A DNA stretch of 64,000 nt. Source: Pristiophorus japonicus (lineage: Eukaryota). A model generated the notes under the pieces. That model saw only the letters and a program-made list of their open reading frames with translations. It made no database searches and was not told where the DNA came from. Positions 27,246 through 39,892 of this stretch are shown in pieces; position 1 is the first letter of the stretch; every line of letters starts with the position of its first letter. The DNA is taken from assembly GCF_044704955.1 (NCBI RefSeq), contig NW_027252668.1, forward strand, positions 5,704,001 through 5,768,000. The letters run 5' to 3'. A program made the translations under genes and the position numbers.

Positions 27246-28183
27246 ATCTGTCTCTGGTGTGTGAGGGTGGGATTTTCCCTGAATATAATCGGTCTTTGGT
27301 GTGAGAGGGTGGTATTTTCCCTGTGTTTATCGGTCTCTGGTGTGTGAGGGTGGGATTTTCCCTGTATATATCTGTCTCTGGTATGTGAGGGTGGGATTTT
27401 CCCTGTATATATATATCTGTCTCTGGTGTGTGAGGGTGGGATTTTTTATGTATATATATCTGTCTGGTATGTGAGGGTCGGATTTTCTCTGTATATATCT
27501 GTCTCTGCTATGTGAGGGTGGAATTTTCCCTGTATATATCTATCTCTGGTGTGTGAGGGTGGGCTTTTCCCTGTATATATCGGTCTCTGGTATGTGAGGG
27601 TTGGATTTTCTATGTATATATCTGTCTCTGGTGTGTGAGGATGGGATTTTCTCTGTCTTTCTCTGTCTCTGGTGTGTGAGGGTGGGATTTCCTCTGTATA
27701 TATGTCTCTGGTATGTGAGTTTGGGATTTTCCCTGTATATATGTGTCTCTGGTATGTGAGGGTGGGATTCTCTCCATTTATCTGCCAGTTTCTGAAATGT
27801 GAGTGTGGATCTTCCTCTGTACCTGACAGTTTCTGCTTAATTGAAAATTGATGCCGCCTATCTCATACCGTTAAATTCAACACCTTTCTTGTCTGTCAAT
27901 GCTGTTGCAACTACATTTGTTGTTTTACTATTATCTTCACTTGGAGTATCCTTGGCACTGTTTGGGACATGAACTCTGCTCTTCACCCATTTTTTGGACA
28001 TTTAACTACTATTTTTACTGTAGTTTTTCACTGAGTACTCATTTATTAGTTTGAAGTCCCTTTTAGTTTAATTTTGTTAATTTTAATTTACAAATGGGAT
28101 TGACAATTGTCTTGTTGTAAAATCCTGCTGCAAGATCCCATAATTCAGTTCTGACCTGCGACGGATATTCAAAGTACCTCGGT

Positions 28184-28255
28184 TGAGATGGCCAAGAATC
28201 GAACCCGGGTCAACTGCTTGAAAGGCAGCTATGCTCAGCACTATACCACCATCGC
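28184..28255 (-). tRNA. tRNA-Gly(TCC)-derived gene/pseudogene carrying a TTC anticodon
   Basis: GCGATGGTGGTATAGTGCTGAGCATAGCTGCCTTTCAAGCAGTTGACCCGGGTTCGATTCTTGGCCATCTCA; acceptor-stem mismatch; D-loop GG changed to GC. Confidence 0.8.
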
Positions 28256-28668
28256 CCACACATCAGTCATTTTGTATTTGCAGACAAACTGCTTCTTACG
28301 GGTCTTCAGCGGGACAAATAAATTGCTGAGCAATCATTTTAATCAGAATGTAAGCACGGTGCTGGGACACCTTCCCTCCAATTACAAATGGTCACTCTGA
28401 ATAGTAATCTTGCTTGGACCGAGCCCTCACCCCATTTATTAGTTTAAAATCTGGACTGAGTCCTCACCCCAGTTACTTTTTCTTCAGTCCCCTCTAGATT
28501 AAACAATAGTTATCACCAAAAATAAATGAAACCTCAATTTTATGTGATAAATAAATGGATGATGAATGTGCTTTGTAAATGTTAGAGAAATGGCATTTGC
28601 TGGAAGGCACTCGTGTTCGGTTCTAAACTGCGACATGGTGACATAAACTGTATTAAATGGAACCTGTT

Positions 28669-28740
28669 TGTGCTGGTCGAGAATGAAACCTGAGTCAACC
28701 CCTGGGAAGGCAGCTATGCTCAGCACTATAGCACCATCAC
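28669..28740 (-). pseudogene. Degenerate tRNA-Gly(TCC) pseudogene
   Basis: Homologous to 28184-28255 with anticodon TCC; anticodon stem and T loop disrupted. Confidence 0.7.
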
Positions 28741-28974
28741 ACTAAGTTTAACATGTAAACCTCTGTATTGACAGACCACTCACCATGGGTCTTTGGAGCT
28801 TTAGTCAGGACTAACTGCAATCATTGTAATCTGAACGTAAACAAGGTTGTTCAGGTTATTTGTCTCCAGCTTAAAACAGTTACTGATGAATGGTCATCTT
28901 GTTGCACTACTGGCTGGCAGCCAGGAGATGGCACCAACCTCCAATAGTTTGGCTGTTGTGGATTGTGTGCACAC

Positions 28975-29119
28975 CCAGACCGCTGTGAGTCTGGTGCTGC
29001 CCGGGGAGCTGGCCAAGCACGCCGTGTCGGAATGGGACAAAGGCGGTGACCATTGCAAATAAATTCACAACACAGGAAAAAGCATTAAAAAATCAACGGC
29101 TCTTTTAAGAGGAAACCAC
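28975..29119 (+). pseudogene. H2B: H2B 3'-end relic with degenerate stem-loop
   Basis: [19 protein letters not shown], then a frameshift; ACGGCTCTTTTAAGAG downstream. Confidence 0.8.
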
Positions 29120-29184
29120 AGTGTTAATTTAGTCGATTTATTCATTCTGCTATCATCCTTTTATAAAATAATGGTACAACACAG

Positions 29185-29870
29185 AGTGTGTGAGTTTCAC
29201 TCTGTATCTATCTGTCTCTGGTATGTGAGTGAGTTTCACTCTGCACCAGTTCTGGTGTGTGAGTGCGCATTTTATTATGTACCAGCTGATTTCAGCTAAG
29301 TGGGTGTGTGGCTTACACTGTATCTATCAGTTTCTGTTTGCGAATGTGGGGCTTAATCTACCTGTCAGTTTCTGATATGCAAATCTGTGTTTTTACTCTA
29401 ACTGTCAGGTTGTGAAAAGTGAGAGTGGGTTTTACGCTGTAACTGTCAGTTTCTAGTTTGTGAATGTGGGTTCCACTCTGTACCTGTCAGTTTCTGATGT
29501 GTGAGTGAGTTTTACTCTGTACCATTCATTTACCACTACATGAGTGTGGGTTTTCCTTTCGACCTGTCAATTTCTGCTGTGGAAGAGAGGGGTTTACGTG
29601 AGTGTGGGTTTTAGTCTTTATCCGTCAGTCCCTGCTTTGTGTGTGTTATTTTTTTTTTCAGTATCTTCTCTTTCTGGTCTGTGAATGTGGGTTTTATTAT
29701 GTACCTGTCAGTGTCTGAAATGAGAATGTGGGTTTTACTCTGTACCTGTCTGTCTCTGGAATTACATTTGTGGGTTTTATTCTGTAACTCTCATTTTCTG
29801 GTACGCGAGTGTGGGTATTCCTCTGTATCTGCCAGTTTCTGGTATGAGTGGAGGTTTTACTTTATATGAA
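29185..29870. repeat. Degenerate ~40-41-bp satellite
   Basis: Recurrent GTGAGTGTGGG...CTGTACCTGTCAGTTTCTG. Confidence 0.75.
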
Positions 29871-30390
29871 TAGAAAACGAAAATATTGTTTAAAACCTGA
29901 GAGATTAGTAAATGTTGCAATTCAGGGGGACTTGAGTGCCATTGTACGCAAAACATTGAAAGTTAACATGTAGGTACAGCAAGCACTTAGGAAGGTGAAA
30001 GGTGTGGGTCTATACACTTGGAGATGAGAAGAATGAGAGGTGATCTTATTGAAACATATAAGACCCTGGGGGGATTGACAGGGTAAATGCTGAGTGGCTG
30101 CTTCCACTGGATGGACAGTCCAGAACTAGGAGTGTTAGACTCACAATAAGGGCTCAGCCATTTAGATCTTTGATGAGAAGAAATGTCTTCACTGAGAGGG
30201 TTGTGAATCTTTGGAATGCTCTACCCCAGAGAGATGTGGATGCTCAGGTGATGAGTGTATTCAAGACTGAGATTGACATTTTGTTTGATATTAAGGGAAC
30301 CAAGGGATATGGGGATAGTGCGGGCAACGGGAGTTGAGGTAGAAGATCAGCCATGATCTAATTCAATGGCGGAGCAGGCTCGAGGGGCAA
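29870..30390 (+). mobile_element. Old internally deleted CR1 3' fragment
   Basis: RRMRGDLIETYK and CR1 3'UTR; paralog at 55610-56135. Confidence 0.8.
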
Positions 30391-31700
30391 ATCATAGAAT
30401 CATAGAAATTTACAGCAGGGAAGGAGGCCATTTTGGCCCATTGCGTCCACGCCGGCCGACCAAGAGCTATCCTGCCTAATCCCATTTTCCAGCTCTTGGT
30501 CCGTAGCCCTGAAGGTTACGGCACTTTAAGTGCACATCCAAGTATTAAATGTCGTGAGGGTTTCTGCCTCTACCACCCTTTCGGGCAGTGTGTTCCAGAC
30601 CCCCACTACTCGCTGGGTGAAGACATTTCCCCTCGTATCTCCTCTAAACCTCCCCCCAATTACATTAAATCTATGTTCCCTGGTTGTTGACCCCTCTGCC
30701 AAGGGAAACAAGTCCTTCCTTTCCACTCTATCCAGAACCCTCATAATTTTATACACCTCAATCAGGTCTCTCCTCAGCCTCCTCTCTCCAATCTTTCCTC
30801 ATTGCCAATATTCACCAGTCCAGGCAACATTCTTGTAAATCTCCTCTGCACCCTTTCCAGTGCCATCACACCTTACTGTAATGTGGTGACCAGAACTACA
30901 CACAGTACTCCAGCTGTGGCCTAACCAGTGTTTTATACAGTTCAAGCACAACCTCCTTGGCTTTTGTTTTCTATACCTCGACTAATAATGCAAATATTCC
31001 ACATGCCTTCTTAACCACCTTATCTACCTGGTCTGCTATCTTCAGGGATCCGTGGACATGTACTCCAAGGTCCCTTTGTTCCTCTACACTTTTCAGTGGC
31101 GTACCATTTAATGTGTATTCCCTTTCCTTGTTAGCCCTCCCCAAATGCATGACCTCACACTTCTCTGGATTGAATCCATTTAGCACTGTTCCACCCACCT
31201 GACCAGTACATTGATATCTTCCTGCAATCCACAGCTTTCTTCTTCATTATCAACCACACAGCCTATTTTACTGTCAGCTGTAAACTTCTTAATCATACCC
31301 ACAACATTCCAGTCCAAGTCATTGATATATACCACAAAAAGCAAGGGACCCAGCACTGAGCATCTCGGAACCCCACTGGATACATCCTTCCAGTCACAAA
31401 AACACCTATCAACCATTACCCTTCGCTTTCTGCCTCTGAGCCAATTTTGGATCCAACTTGCCACTTTGCCCTGGATCCCATCGGCTTTTACTTTCGTGAT
31501 CAGTTGGCCATGTTGGACCTTATCAAAAGCTTTGCTAAAATCCATATACACTACATCACATGCACTGCCCTCATCGATCCTCCTGGTTAGCTCCTCGAAA
31601 AATTCAATCAAGTTAGTCAGACATGACCTTCTTTTAACAAATCCATGCTGACTGTCCTTGATTAATCCCTGTCTTTCGAAATGAAGCTTTATCCTGTTCC
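30391..31700 (-). mobile_element. CR1 LINE (different subfamily), 5'-truncated
   Basis: SQHGF..RRSCLTNL, MDFSKAFDKV; tail ATCATAGAATCATAGAA; holds the empty ERV site CTACATCACATGC (~31551). Confidence 0.88.
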
Positions 31701-31739
31701 TCAAATGGCCAACTCCTGCTCCGATTGCTTATGTTCTTT

Positions 31740-33900
31740 TATGAGTGTGAGTTCATTCCGCACCTACATGTCTCTGGTATGTCAGTGGGAGTTCACACTG
31801 TATCTATCTGTCTCTGGTATGTGAGTGTGAGTTCACACTGTATCTATCTGTCTCTGGTATGTGAGTGTGAGTTCACACTGTATCTATCTGTCTCTGGTAT
31901 GTGAGTGTGAGTTCACACTGTATCTATCTGTCCCTGGTTTGTGAGTGTGAGTTCACTCTGTATCTATCTGTCTCTGGTATGTGAATGTGAGTTCATTCTG
32001 CATCTATCTGTCTCTGGTGTGAGTGTGAGTTTCATTCTGTATCTATCTATCTCTGGTATGTGAGTGTGAGTTCACACTATATCTATCTGTCCCTGGTTTG
32101 TGAGTGTGAGTTCACTCTGTATCTATCTGTCTCTGGTATGTGAGTGTGAGTTCATTCTGTATCTATCTGTCTCTGGTATGTGAGTGTGACTTTCAATCTG
32201 TATTTATCTGTCTCTGGTTTGTGAGTGTGAGTTCACTCTGTATCTATCGGTCTCTGGTATGTGAGTGTGAGTTCATTCTGTATCCATCTGTCTCTGGTAT
32301 GTGAGTGTGAGTTCATTCTGTACCTATCTGTCTCTGGTATGTGAGTGTGAGTTCACACTGTATCTGTCTGTTTCTGGTATGTGCATATATGCTTTTCTCT
32401 GTATCTGTTATGGGAGTCTGGGTTTTATTCTTTCCTTGTTATTTTCTGATATGTTAGTGAGTGTCCTACCCTATAACTGACAGTTTCTGCTTAATTGGAA
32501 GTTGCTTTTCCTTTGTATCTGCCAGTTTCAGGTGTGGGCGAGACGTTATAACCCTGTTCCAGTCAATAACTGGGAAGTGAGGATGGTCTTTCTTCTATCT
32601 GTCAGTATCTGTTAGGTGAGTGTGGGTTTTACTTTGTACATGTCACTTTCTGGTATGTGATTGGGTACTTTATTCTGCAACTGTTAATTTCAAGTTAGTG
32701 GGTTAGTAATTTACACTGTATGTATCTTTCGCTAGAACACGAATGTGGCATTTACTCTGTATCTGTCAGTATCTAAGTGTAGGTTTTATTTTACCTGTCA
32801 GTTTCTGATATGTGAGATTCAATAGATGAGTGTGGTGCTTAATCTCTGCTCGTCAGTTTCTGATACATGAGGGTGTGTTTTATTCTGTACTTATCAGTCT
32901 ATTGTATGTGAATGTGCGTTATGATCTGTACTTGTCAGTTTCTGGTATGTGAGTATTGTTTTAATCTGTACTAGTCAGTTTCTGGTATGTGATTGTGGAT
33001 TTTATTCTGAACCTGTCAGTATCTGATATGTGAGTGTTGGTTTAATCTGTACCCGTCAGTTTCTGGCTTATGAATGGTAGTTTAACTTTAACTGTCAGCT
33101 TTTATGTATGATACATGAATATGGGCTTTATACTGTATGTGTCTCTCATATGCGAGTCTGTGTATATTTCCGTAACTGTCAGATTTAGGTATGCGTGTGG
33201 GGGTTTAATCTGTGCCTCTCAGTTTCTGGTGTGTTAGTCTGGGTTTAATTAGCACCTATTAGCTCCTGCAATTTGGGTGTATGTTTTAGACTGTACCTGT
33301 CAGTTCCTGCTATATGAGCGGGGATTTACTCTGCATCTGCCCATCTCTGGTATGTGAACGTGAATATCTGTTTTATGTTCTACCTGAATTTGTCTGATAT
33401 GTGAGTGAAGGTTTTACCTTTCTGATAGGTGTGTGTGGGTTTCACTCTGCATCTGCCAGTTTATGAGATGGCAATATGTCTTTAGCTCAGAAACTGTCAG
33501 ATTCTGCAAGTATCAGTTTTACTTTTTACCTGTGTTTTCTGACATGTGACTCTGGGATTTACACTCTACCTGTCACTCTCTGGTGTGGAGTTTACTCTGT
33601 GCGTGTCACTTTCATCTATGTGGGTGTGGGTTGTAGATTGTATCTGTCAGCCTATGGTACGGGAGTGTGGGTTTTATTCTGCACCTGTCATTTTCTGGTA
33701 TATTCGAGATGGCTTAATACTGAATCTCTCCTTTCCTGATACGTGATTATTGCTTTTGCTCTGTACCCGTCAGCTTCTGCTATGAGAGTATGGTTTTTAC
33801 TTTCTAACTTATATATTAAGGTATGTGATTGTGTGTTTTATTCTCTACCTGCCAGTTTCTGGCAAGTGAGTGCGGGTGTTTAATCTACATGTTAGTTTGA
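31740..33900. repeat. 40-bp satellite variant (homogeneous ~31780-32380) grading into degenerate copies
   Basis: TATCTATCTGTCTCTGGTATGTGAGTGTGAGTTCACACTG at 31801, 31841 and 31881. Confidence 0.9.
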
Positions 33901-33929
33901 TCTGTTTCAATGGTGAAACAGCGTCTGAT

Positions 33930-34395
33930 TCTACTGCTCCTTGTAAGATTCACAATGTAACTCTTGTACTGTGGATTACTGTGGGACTGACTGCTTCTGC
34001 TGCCTGTGATAATAGGATTGAGGCCAGTTCTGTATCTCTGCGCTCTGTGAGTGATAATGTACTTACTGTGTGTGGGAAGGAGCTGCCTACACTGGTTGAC
34101 AGTCCGTGTGTGCCAGCAGTGTGGATTGACACTGTGTCAGTGTCTATCTGTTCCTGTGTTTGTGAGTAAGTGAGTGAAAATGGATCTGTCTCAGTGCGAT
34201 ATGTTTGGACTTTGAAACAACATCTTATTGTACTGCTCCAAGTGACTGTGGGATTCATAATGTAACTCTGGAAATTCGGATCACTGTGGGACTGACAGCT
34301 TCTGCTGCCTATGACAATAGGATTGAGACCAGTTTTGTGTCTCTGCGCTCTGTAAGTGATAATATACTTACTGTGAGTGAGAAGGTGCTGACAGC
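33930..34395. repeat. Diverged direct repeat, ~160 bp, offset ~299 bp
   Basis: ACTGTGGGACTGAC.GCTTCTGCTGCCT.TGA.AATAGGATTGAG occurs twice. Confidence 0.8.
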
Positions 34396-35139
34396 ACTGT
34401 TCCTTGTGTTCCGAGTGGAGGGAAGATCACATTTATTCAGGCTCAGTGAAGTACTTCTCTCTGAGAATAATAATACGAGAACATTATTAGTTATGATATG
34501 GACAGGTGAGTGGGAGAATATAAAAAATAAAGTTATAATTAACATGTTTGTTTATAATAAAGTAAAGTATCTGGAGAGGGGAAACCACGATACAAACAGC
34601 ACTGGTCCATGAATAGGACCACCCGATTGGAACAGTTCAGGTTTATATCTCCCACTCCCATGGGACTACTTGTAAAATTCTGAATCTCTTCCTGGAATAT
34701 AACTATAGTACCTGGGCTGTACAACAATTGTTTTCAGTCTATTGAAACCGAGTTGAGGGCCTGTGTAGTTAACAGAATGTCACAGGGCCCGGATCCTGAT
34801 GTATCTGAGGGAGCGACAGGCTCTCGATCACCAGCAATACGGTTCTGGACAACTCAATGCATCAAAACAAAATAATCGATGCTTGAAATGACTTCTCCAC
34901 ACTCCTCACCTGGTGCCTGCAATAGATACACTTTGTGAAACTCCTCACATCCTCACCGTCAGGCTGTGTTTCCACTGTTCACTGTCGAAGAACAACAGAC
35001 ACGGTGAGATTGGGACTGAATCAGGAACATTCACTACTGATTTGGGGAAAGAAAGCAGCAATGATTTGAAAGAGCGAGGTGATTTACTTTCACTGTTACC
35101 CCACACTGTATACACAACTACTTTAGTAGAACAATAAAT

Positions 35140-35506
35140 CAAGTGCCCCCTTATTAAAGGAGCATTAAAACAGACAAATTTAACTTTGGCATTAAATGGA
35201 TCAAATTAAAATTTGGTTCCTGGGGGTGATGATGCACTCCAGTCCCTCTGGCGCCCATCTCTCACAGAAGGCCACGATCGTACCGGTGAACACCGCATGC
35301 TCCATCTCCAGGGACACCCTGGCACGAACATAACCGTGGAAGAGAGGCAGGCAGTCGGGCTGAACACCCCCTCGACCGCCCGTGGCCTGGACCGGTTAAT
35401 GGCTACCTTGGCCATGCCCAGGAGCAGTCCTACGAGGAGGCCTTCCGATCTGCCCGCTCCCCTCCGCACAGGGGGCCCAAAGATCAGGAGCGGGGGACTG
35501 AAGTGC
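35140..35506 (-). mobile_element. Tx1-like 3' fragment (related subfamily)
   Basis: LHFSPPLLIFGPPVRRGAGRSEGLLVGLLLG matches the ORF2 C-terminus at ~3100-3400; different 3'UTR. Confidence 0.85.
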
Positions 35507-35999
35507 AAACGATTAACGAGTGTCAACCTTATGCAGGAGCCATCAAGCAAACTCTACCAAGTAACGTTCATTGGTTCATGTGCAACGGCCTGCGGAGAAC
35601 CATGAGATGCTACTGTAAGTACTGCTTACAACCAGAGTCATCAGAGGACCATTTTATCCTCAAGTCGAAAGTAAGAGACTGTCCACACACAGCCCGAGAA
35701 TGGCTTCTCCCTTCCCCCACTCACTCCATGTTCCGGAACTAGTTCCTGCTCCACTCTGCCTCTGACAAACAAACAGCCCCCGACGGAACTAAACCAGGAA
35801 CGTTCACTCCTGGTTAGGAGAGAGAAAGCAGCAATGATTGTAAACAGCAGATTCTGCCCATTCTGTCTCCCTTCCCGCTGGACACACACTGTCCACACAC
35901 AGCACGAGAATGGCCTCTCCATCTCCCCACTCACACCACGCACTGATACTGCTTCTTGCTCCACACCGCCCCTTACACACAGACCCCGACTCCCCCCGG

Positions 36000-36260
36000 A
36001 CTCAGTGCCGGTCGCTGAGCCCATCTGCGGACACGCTCCCAAAGCGCTGCGCTGCTGTAAGGAGGCTGCTGCTCGCTGCCTTGCCGCGGGCTCTCCATTC
36101 CCGGCTGTTTGAAACCATCTTCTTCCGCTCACTGAGTGAATGGCGATCACAGGCAGGACTGGGGGAGGGGAGGGCGCATGCGCTCTTCTGCTCACTGGGA
36201 ATCGACACAGGGGGCGGGGCTGAGCCGCGCATGCGTAGCTCTCTGCAATAATTCAGCCTA
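36000..36260 (-). promoter_or_regulatory. CpG-rich promoter-like segment (NRF1, GC box, ETS-like motifs)
   Basis: GCGCATGCGC (~36174), GCGCATGCGT (~36227), GGGGCGGGGC (~36212), CGGAAG on minus (~36122); orientation inferred. Confidence 0.5.
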
Positions 36261-36544
36261 TAAAAATCAATGTGCACCTTTCCCAATTTACTTTTATCAG
36301 AATCTGACAAAGGAACTGGGCCTGGGGGGAAAAGGACAGATAATGATTAAAGCTGGGAGCTTTGTCCCTTGGAGATGCTCAATTTGGGATCATTCCGTGC
36401 AGGGTATTTCTCTCTCCATGAGCCCGTCTTCACAAAGCAATCCTGCAGAAACATCGGTGGGACGAGGGAGTGGGAGTGTTTGCTGGGACCGTGCAGGAGT
36501 TAATATCTGACAGAAACAGTCCGAGATTAGTTTAAACACTCTCA

Positions 36545-38337
36545 CTGTGAGTAATATCGAAGTGCACAATCAAGAGGTTATAGGTAGGGAGGAACTTATT
36601 ACAATCACTGTCACTAATGAAGTAGTACTCGGTAAAATAATGGGACTAAAGGCGGACAGGTCCCTTGGACCTGATGGCTTACATCCTGTGGTCTTAAGAA
36701 ATGTGGCTGCAGAGATAGTGGATGCATTGTTTGTAATCGACCAAAATTCCCTGGATTCTGGGGAGGTTCTAGCAGATTGGAAAATTGCAAATGTTCAAAA
36801 AAGGAGGCAAACAAAAAGCAGGAAACTATAGACCAGTTAGCCGAACATCTGTTGTTGTGAAAATGCTGGAGTCCAGTATTAAGGAAGCAGTAACAGGTCA
36901 TTTGGAAAAGCATGATTCAATCAAACAGAGTCAGCATGGTTTTATGAAAGGGAAATCATGTTTGATAAATTTGCTGGAGGTCATTGAGGATATAACAAGC
37001 ACGGTAGATAAGGGGCAACCTGTGGACGTGGTGTATTTGGATTTCCAGCAGGCATTCGATAAGGTGCCACATAAGTGGTTACTACACAAGATAAAAGCTC
37101 ATGGGATTGGGAGCAATATATTAGCATGGATAGAGAATTGGCTAACTAACAGAAAACAGAGAGTCAGGATAAATGGGTCATTTTATGGTGGGCAAACAGT
37201 GATGAGTGGGGTGCCACAGGGATCGGTGCTGGGTCCTCAACTATTTACAATCAATATTAATGACTTGGATGAACGGGCCGAGTTTAATTTAGCCAAGTTT
37301 GCTGATGATACAAAGATGGGTGGGAAAGCAAATTGTGATGAGGACACAGTACATATGCAAAGGGATCTCGACAGGCTAAGTGAGTGTGCAAACATTTGGC
37401 AGATAAGAATATAAGAACATAACAAATAGGAGCAGGAGTAGGTCATATGGCCCCTCGAGCCTGCTCCGCCATTTAATACAATCATGGCTGATCCGCTCAT
37501 AGACTCAGGTTCACTTCCAGATGGAGTATAATGTGGGAAAATTAGAGGTTATCCATTTTGGCAGAAATAATAGAAAAGAAAATTATAATTTAAATGGAGA
37601 AAAATTGCAACGTGCAGCAGTACAGAGAGCCCTGGGGGTCCTTGTACATGAAACACAAAAAGTTAGTATGCAGGTACAGCAAGTAATCAGGAAGTCAAAT
37701 GGAATGTTGGCCTTTATTGCAAGAAGGATAGAGTCTAAAAGCAGAGAATTCCTGCTGTACAGGGTATTGGTAATGCCACACCTGGAGTACCGTGTACAGT
37801 TTTGGCCTACATATTTAAGGAAGAATATACTTACATTGGAGGCTGTTCAGAGAAGGTTCACTCGGTTGATTCCGGAGATGAGGGGGTTGAGTTATGAGGA
37901 TAGGTTTGAGTAGGTTGGATCTGTACACATTGGAAATCAGAAGAATGAGAGGTGATCTTATTGAAACTTATAAAATAATAAGGGGGCTTAACAAGGTGGA
38001 TGCAGAGAGGATATTTCCACATAGGGCAACTAAAACTAGATTACATAGTCTTAAAATAAGGGGCCGCCCATTTAAAATTGAGGAGGAATTTCTTCTCTCA
38101 GAGGGTTGTAGATCTATGGAATTATCTGCCCCAGACAACTGTGAAGGCTGTGTCATTGAATATATTTAAGGCGGAGATAGACAGATTTTTGATTGATAAG
38201 GGAGTAAATGGTTATGGGGAGGGAGCAGGGAAGTGGAGCTGAGTCCATGATCAGATCAGCCGTGATCTTATTGAATGGCAGAGCAGGCTCGAGGAGCTAA
38301 GTGGCCTACTCCTGTTCCGATTTGTTATGTTCTTATG
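36545..38337 (+). mobile_element. Degenerate CR1 LINE (paralog of 4085-6090)
   Basis: GNYRPVS, DFQQAFDKVPH, SGVPQGSVLGP, FADDTK; tail TGTTATGTTCTTATG. Confidence 0.9.
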
Positions 38338-39739
38338 GCCCTGGGCTGCACGATTGCAGATAGTTCAACAGGCAAGAGAGTGATAAATGTGGGACATTGT
38401 TTCTCTCACTCTCTGACACTGTCCCGCAGTGTGGGATTAATAATGTGTCTGTCTCTGGTACAATATCAGTGAGAGAGGAGACTGCATCTTCTGTCTCTCC
38501 AATGGGAACTTTCAGAATAATACGGGACTTCACAGGTCAGTCTGGAACTGATACTGTGCATGTCTTCTGTGTCTCACCGCCCTACCTCGCACTCTTCTGT
38601 CTCTCGCTCAGCCCTCTCCCCTCTCTCTGCCTCTTTGTTGCTATCCCTCTCTCTTGTACTTTTTGTGAAGGCGGGATTCTGTTATTTAGCGTGATGTGGA
38701 AACAGTGTTGGAAGTGCAAGACTGATAATGTCTCTGTTCTCTCTGGTGCAATACGTGAAGGTATGGCACTGTTACTGAGCGTATTATGGAGACACTGATA
38801 CAAAGTGTAAAACTGATACTGTATCTGTCTCTGTGTCTTTTCCGCTGGTGCTGTACATTAATGTGTGATAATATTATTGAGAGTAATATGGAGACACAGT
38901 TCGGTAGTTTAAGATTGATTCTGTGTCTGTCTGTCGCTCTCTCTGATAGCCATCTCTGGGTGTTGAGTATGGGATGGATCGGGCACCAGTAACTGTTACA
39001 TGTCCCTCATTTTCTGAGAAGAGAGAGACAAAGAGAGGCTGCAGGGGCAGTGAGCTCATAATTTGTATTTTCATGTTAGTCAAACATATTTCTGCATTAG
39101 AACAATAACAACTTAAAAGCAGATATGGGTTAAGCCAGCCACAGCTGTGATTGGCTCCTGCCCCTGAATCTGGGAACAGACACTGTGAGGAGCGCCGGCC
39201 TCAGAGTGTTTAACACTTACTGAGCTGGGAAACGACAACTGACCCGAGAATCGGCAGCACAGCCGAGCGGAGAGGAAAGCCTGTGCTGGGAACTGTAAAT
39301 CTGGGAACAGTTTGTGCTGTGAATGTGCAGATTTCAACATTGTGTGAGCGAGAGTGTGTTAAAGGGGCGGGCGGGTTAGACTAATGTCACTGTGTTTGTG
39401 TGTCCGCTCTCATCGCCAGATTTCAGAGTCCATCTTGTGTAAAATTCAAAGATTTCCCCGTCACAGGATCGCCCTGCTGCCCTGCTCAGGCCTGAAGTGG
39501 GACTGAAACAGAAAGTTTGATTTGGTTACAAATTTCAGTCAAAAAACAGAGAAAATATCCGCGATCGGCTGAGAGAGCGCGACCAGTGCAGCAATGAAAC
39601 GGGTTTAAATCGAAATTACTGCCTTCAATTCGGATGGAACTTTCTCGGCAGCAAACATTCCGGTCTTCGGGACAGAAAGAGGCCAGTCTGGGAATGTGGA
39701 GGGCCCGAGTTGAATTGGAATCGGAGAGTTAGTGAGGAG

Positions 39740-39820
39740 AGAGAAACACAGAGAGGCTGGAGGGGCCGGGAGCTGACAGCAGGATGTCTCCTCCCCGTCC
39801 GCTCGCTGCCTTTAAGTTGC
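39740..39820 (+). promoter_or_regulatory. H1 promoter with H1 (AC) box
   Basis: AAACACA at 39744-39750, G-rich element, TTTAA at ~39811. Confidence 0.55.
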
Positions 39821-39892
39821 TCTGTGTCGCCGCCTCTCGTTTCATTTCTGACCCAGCTCTGACTGTCAGAGAGATTTTCCAGAGTCGCGGAC

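Larger units (their letters stand above)
14880..27785. repeat. 41-bp satellite core array with higher-order duplications, interrupted by two CR1s
   Basis: Monomer TGGTGTGTGAGGGTGGGATTTTCCCTGTATATATCTGTCTC; 41-aa periodicity (3 monomers) in minus-strand ORFs. Confidence 0.97.

Noticed and set aside
14880-33900. CRISPR-like regular periodicity
   Set aside because: Contiguous monomers without unique spacers, no cas genes, vertebrate context.
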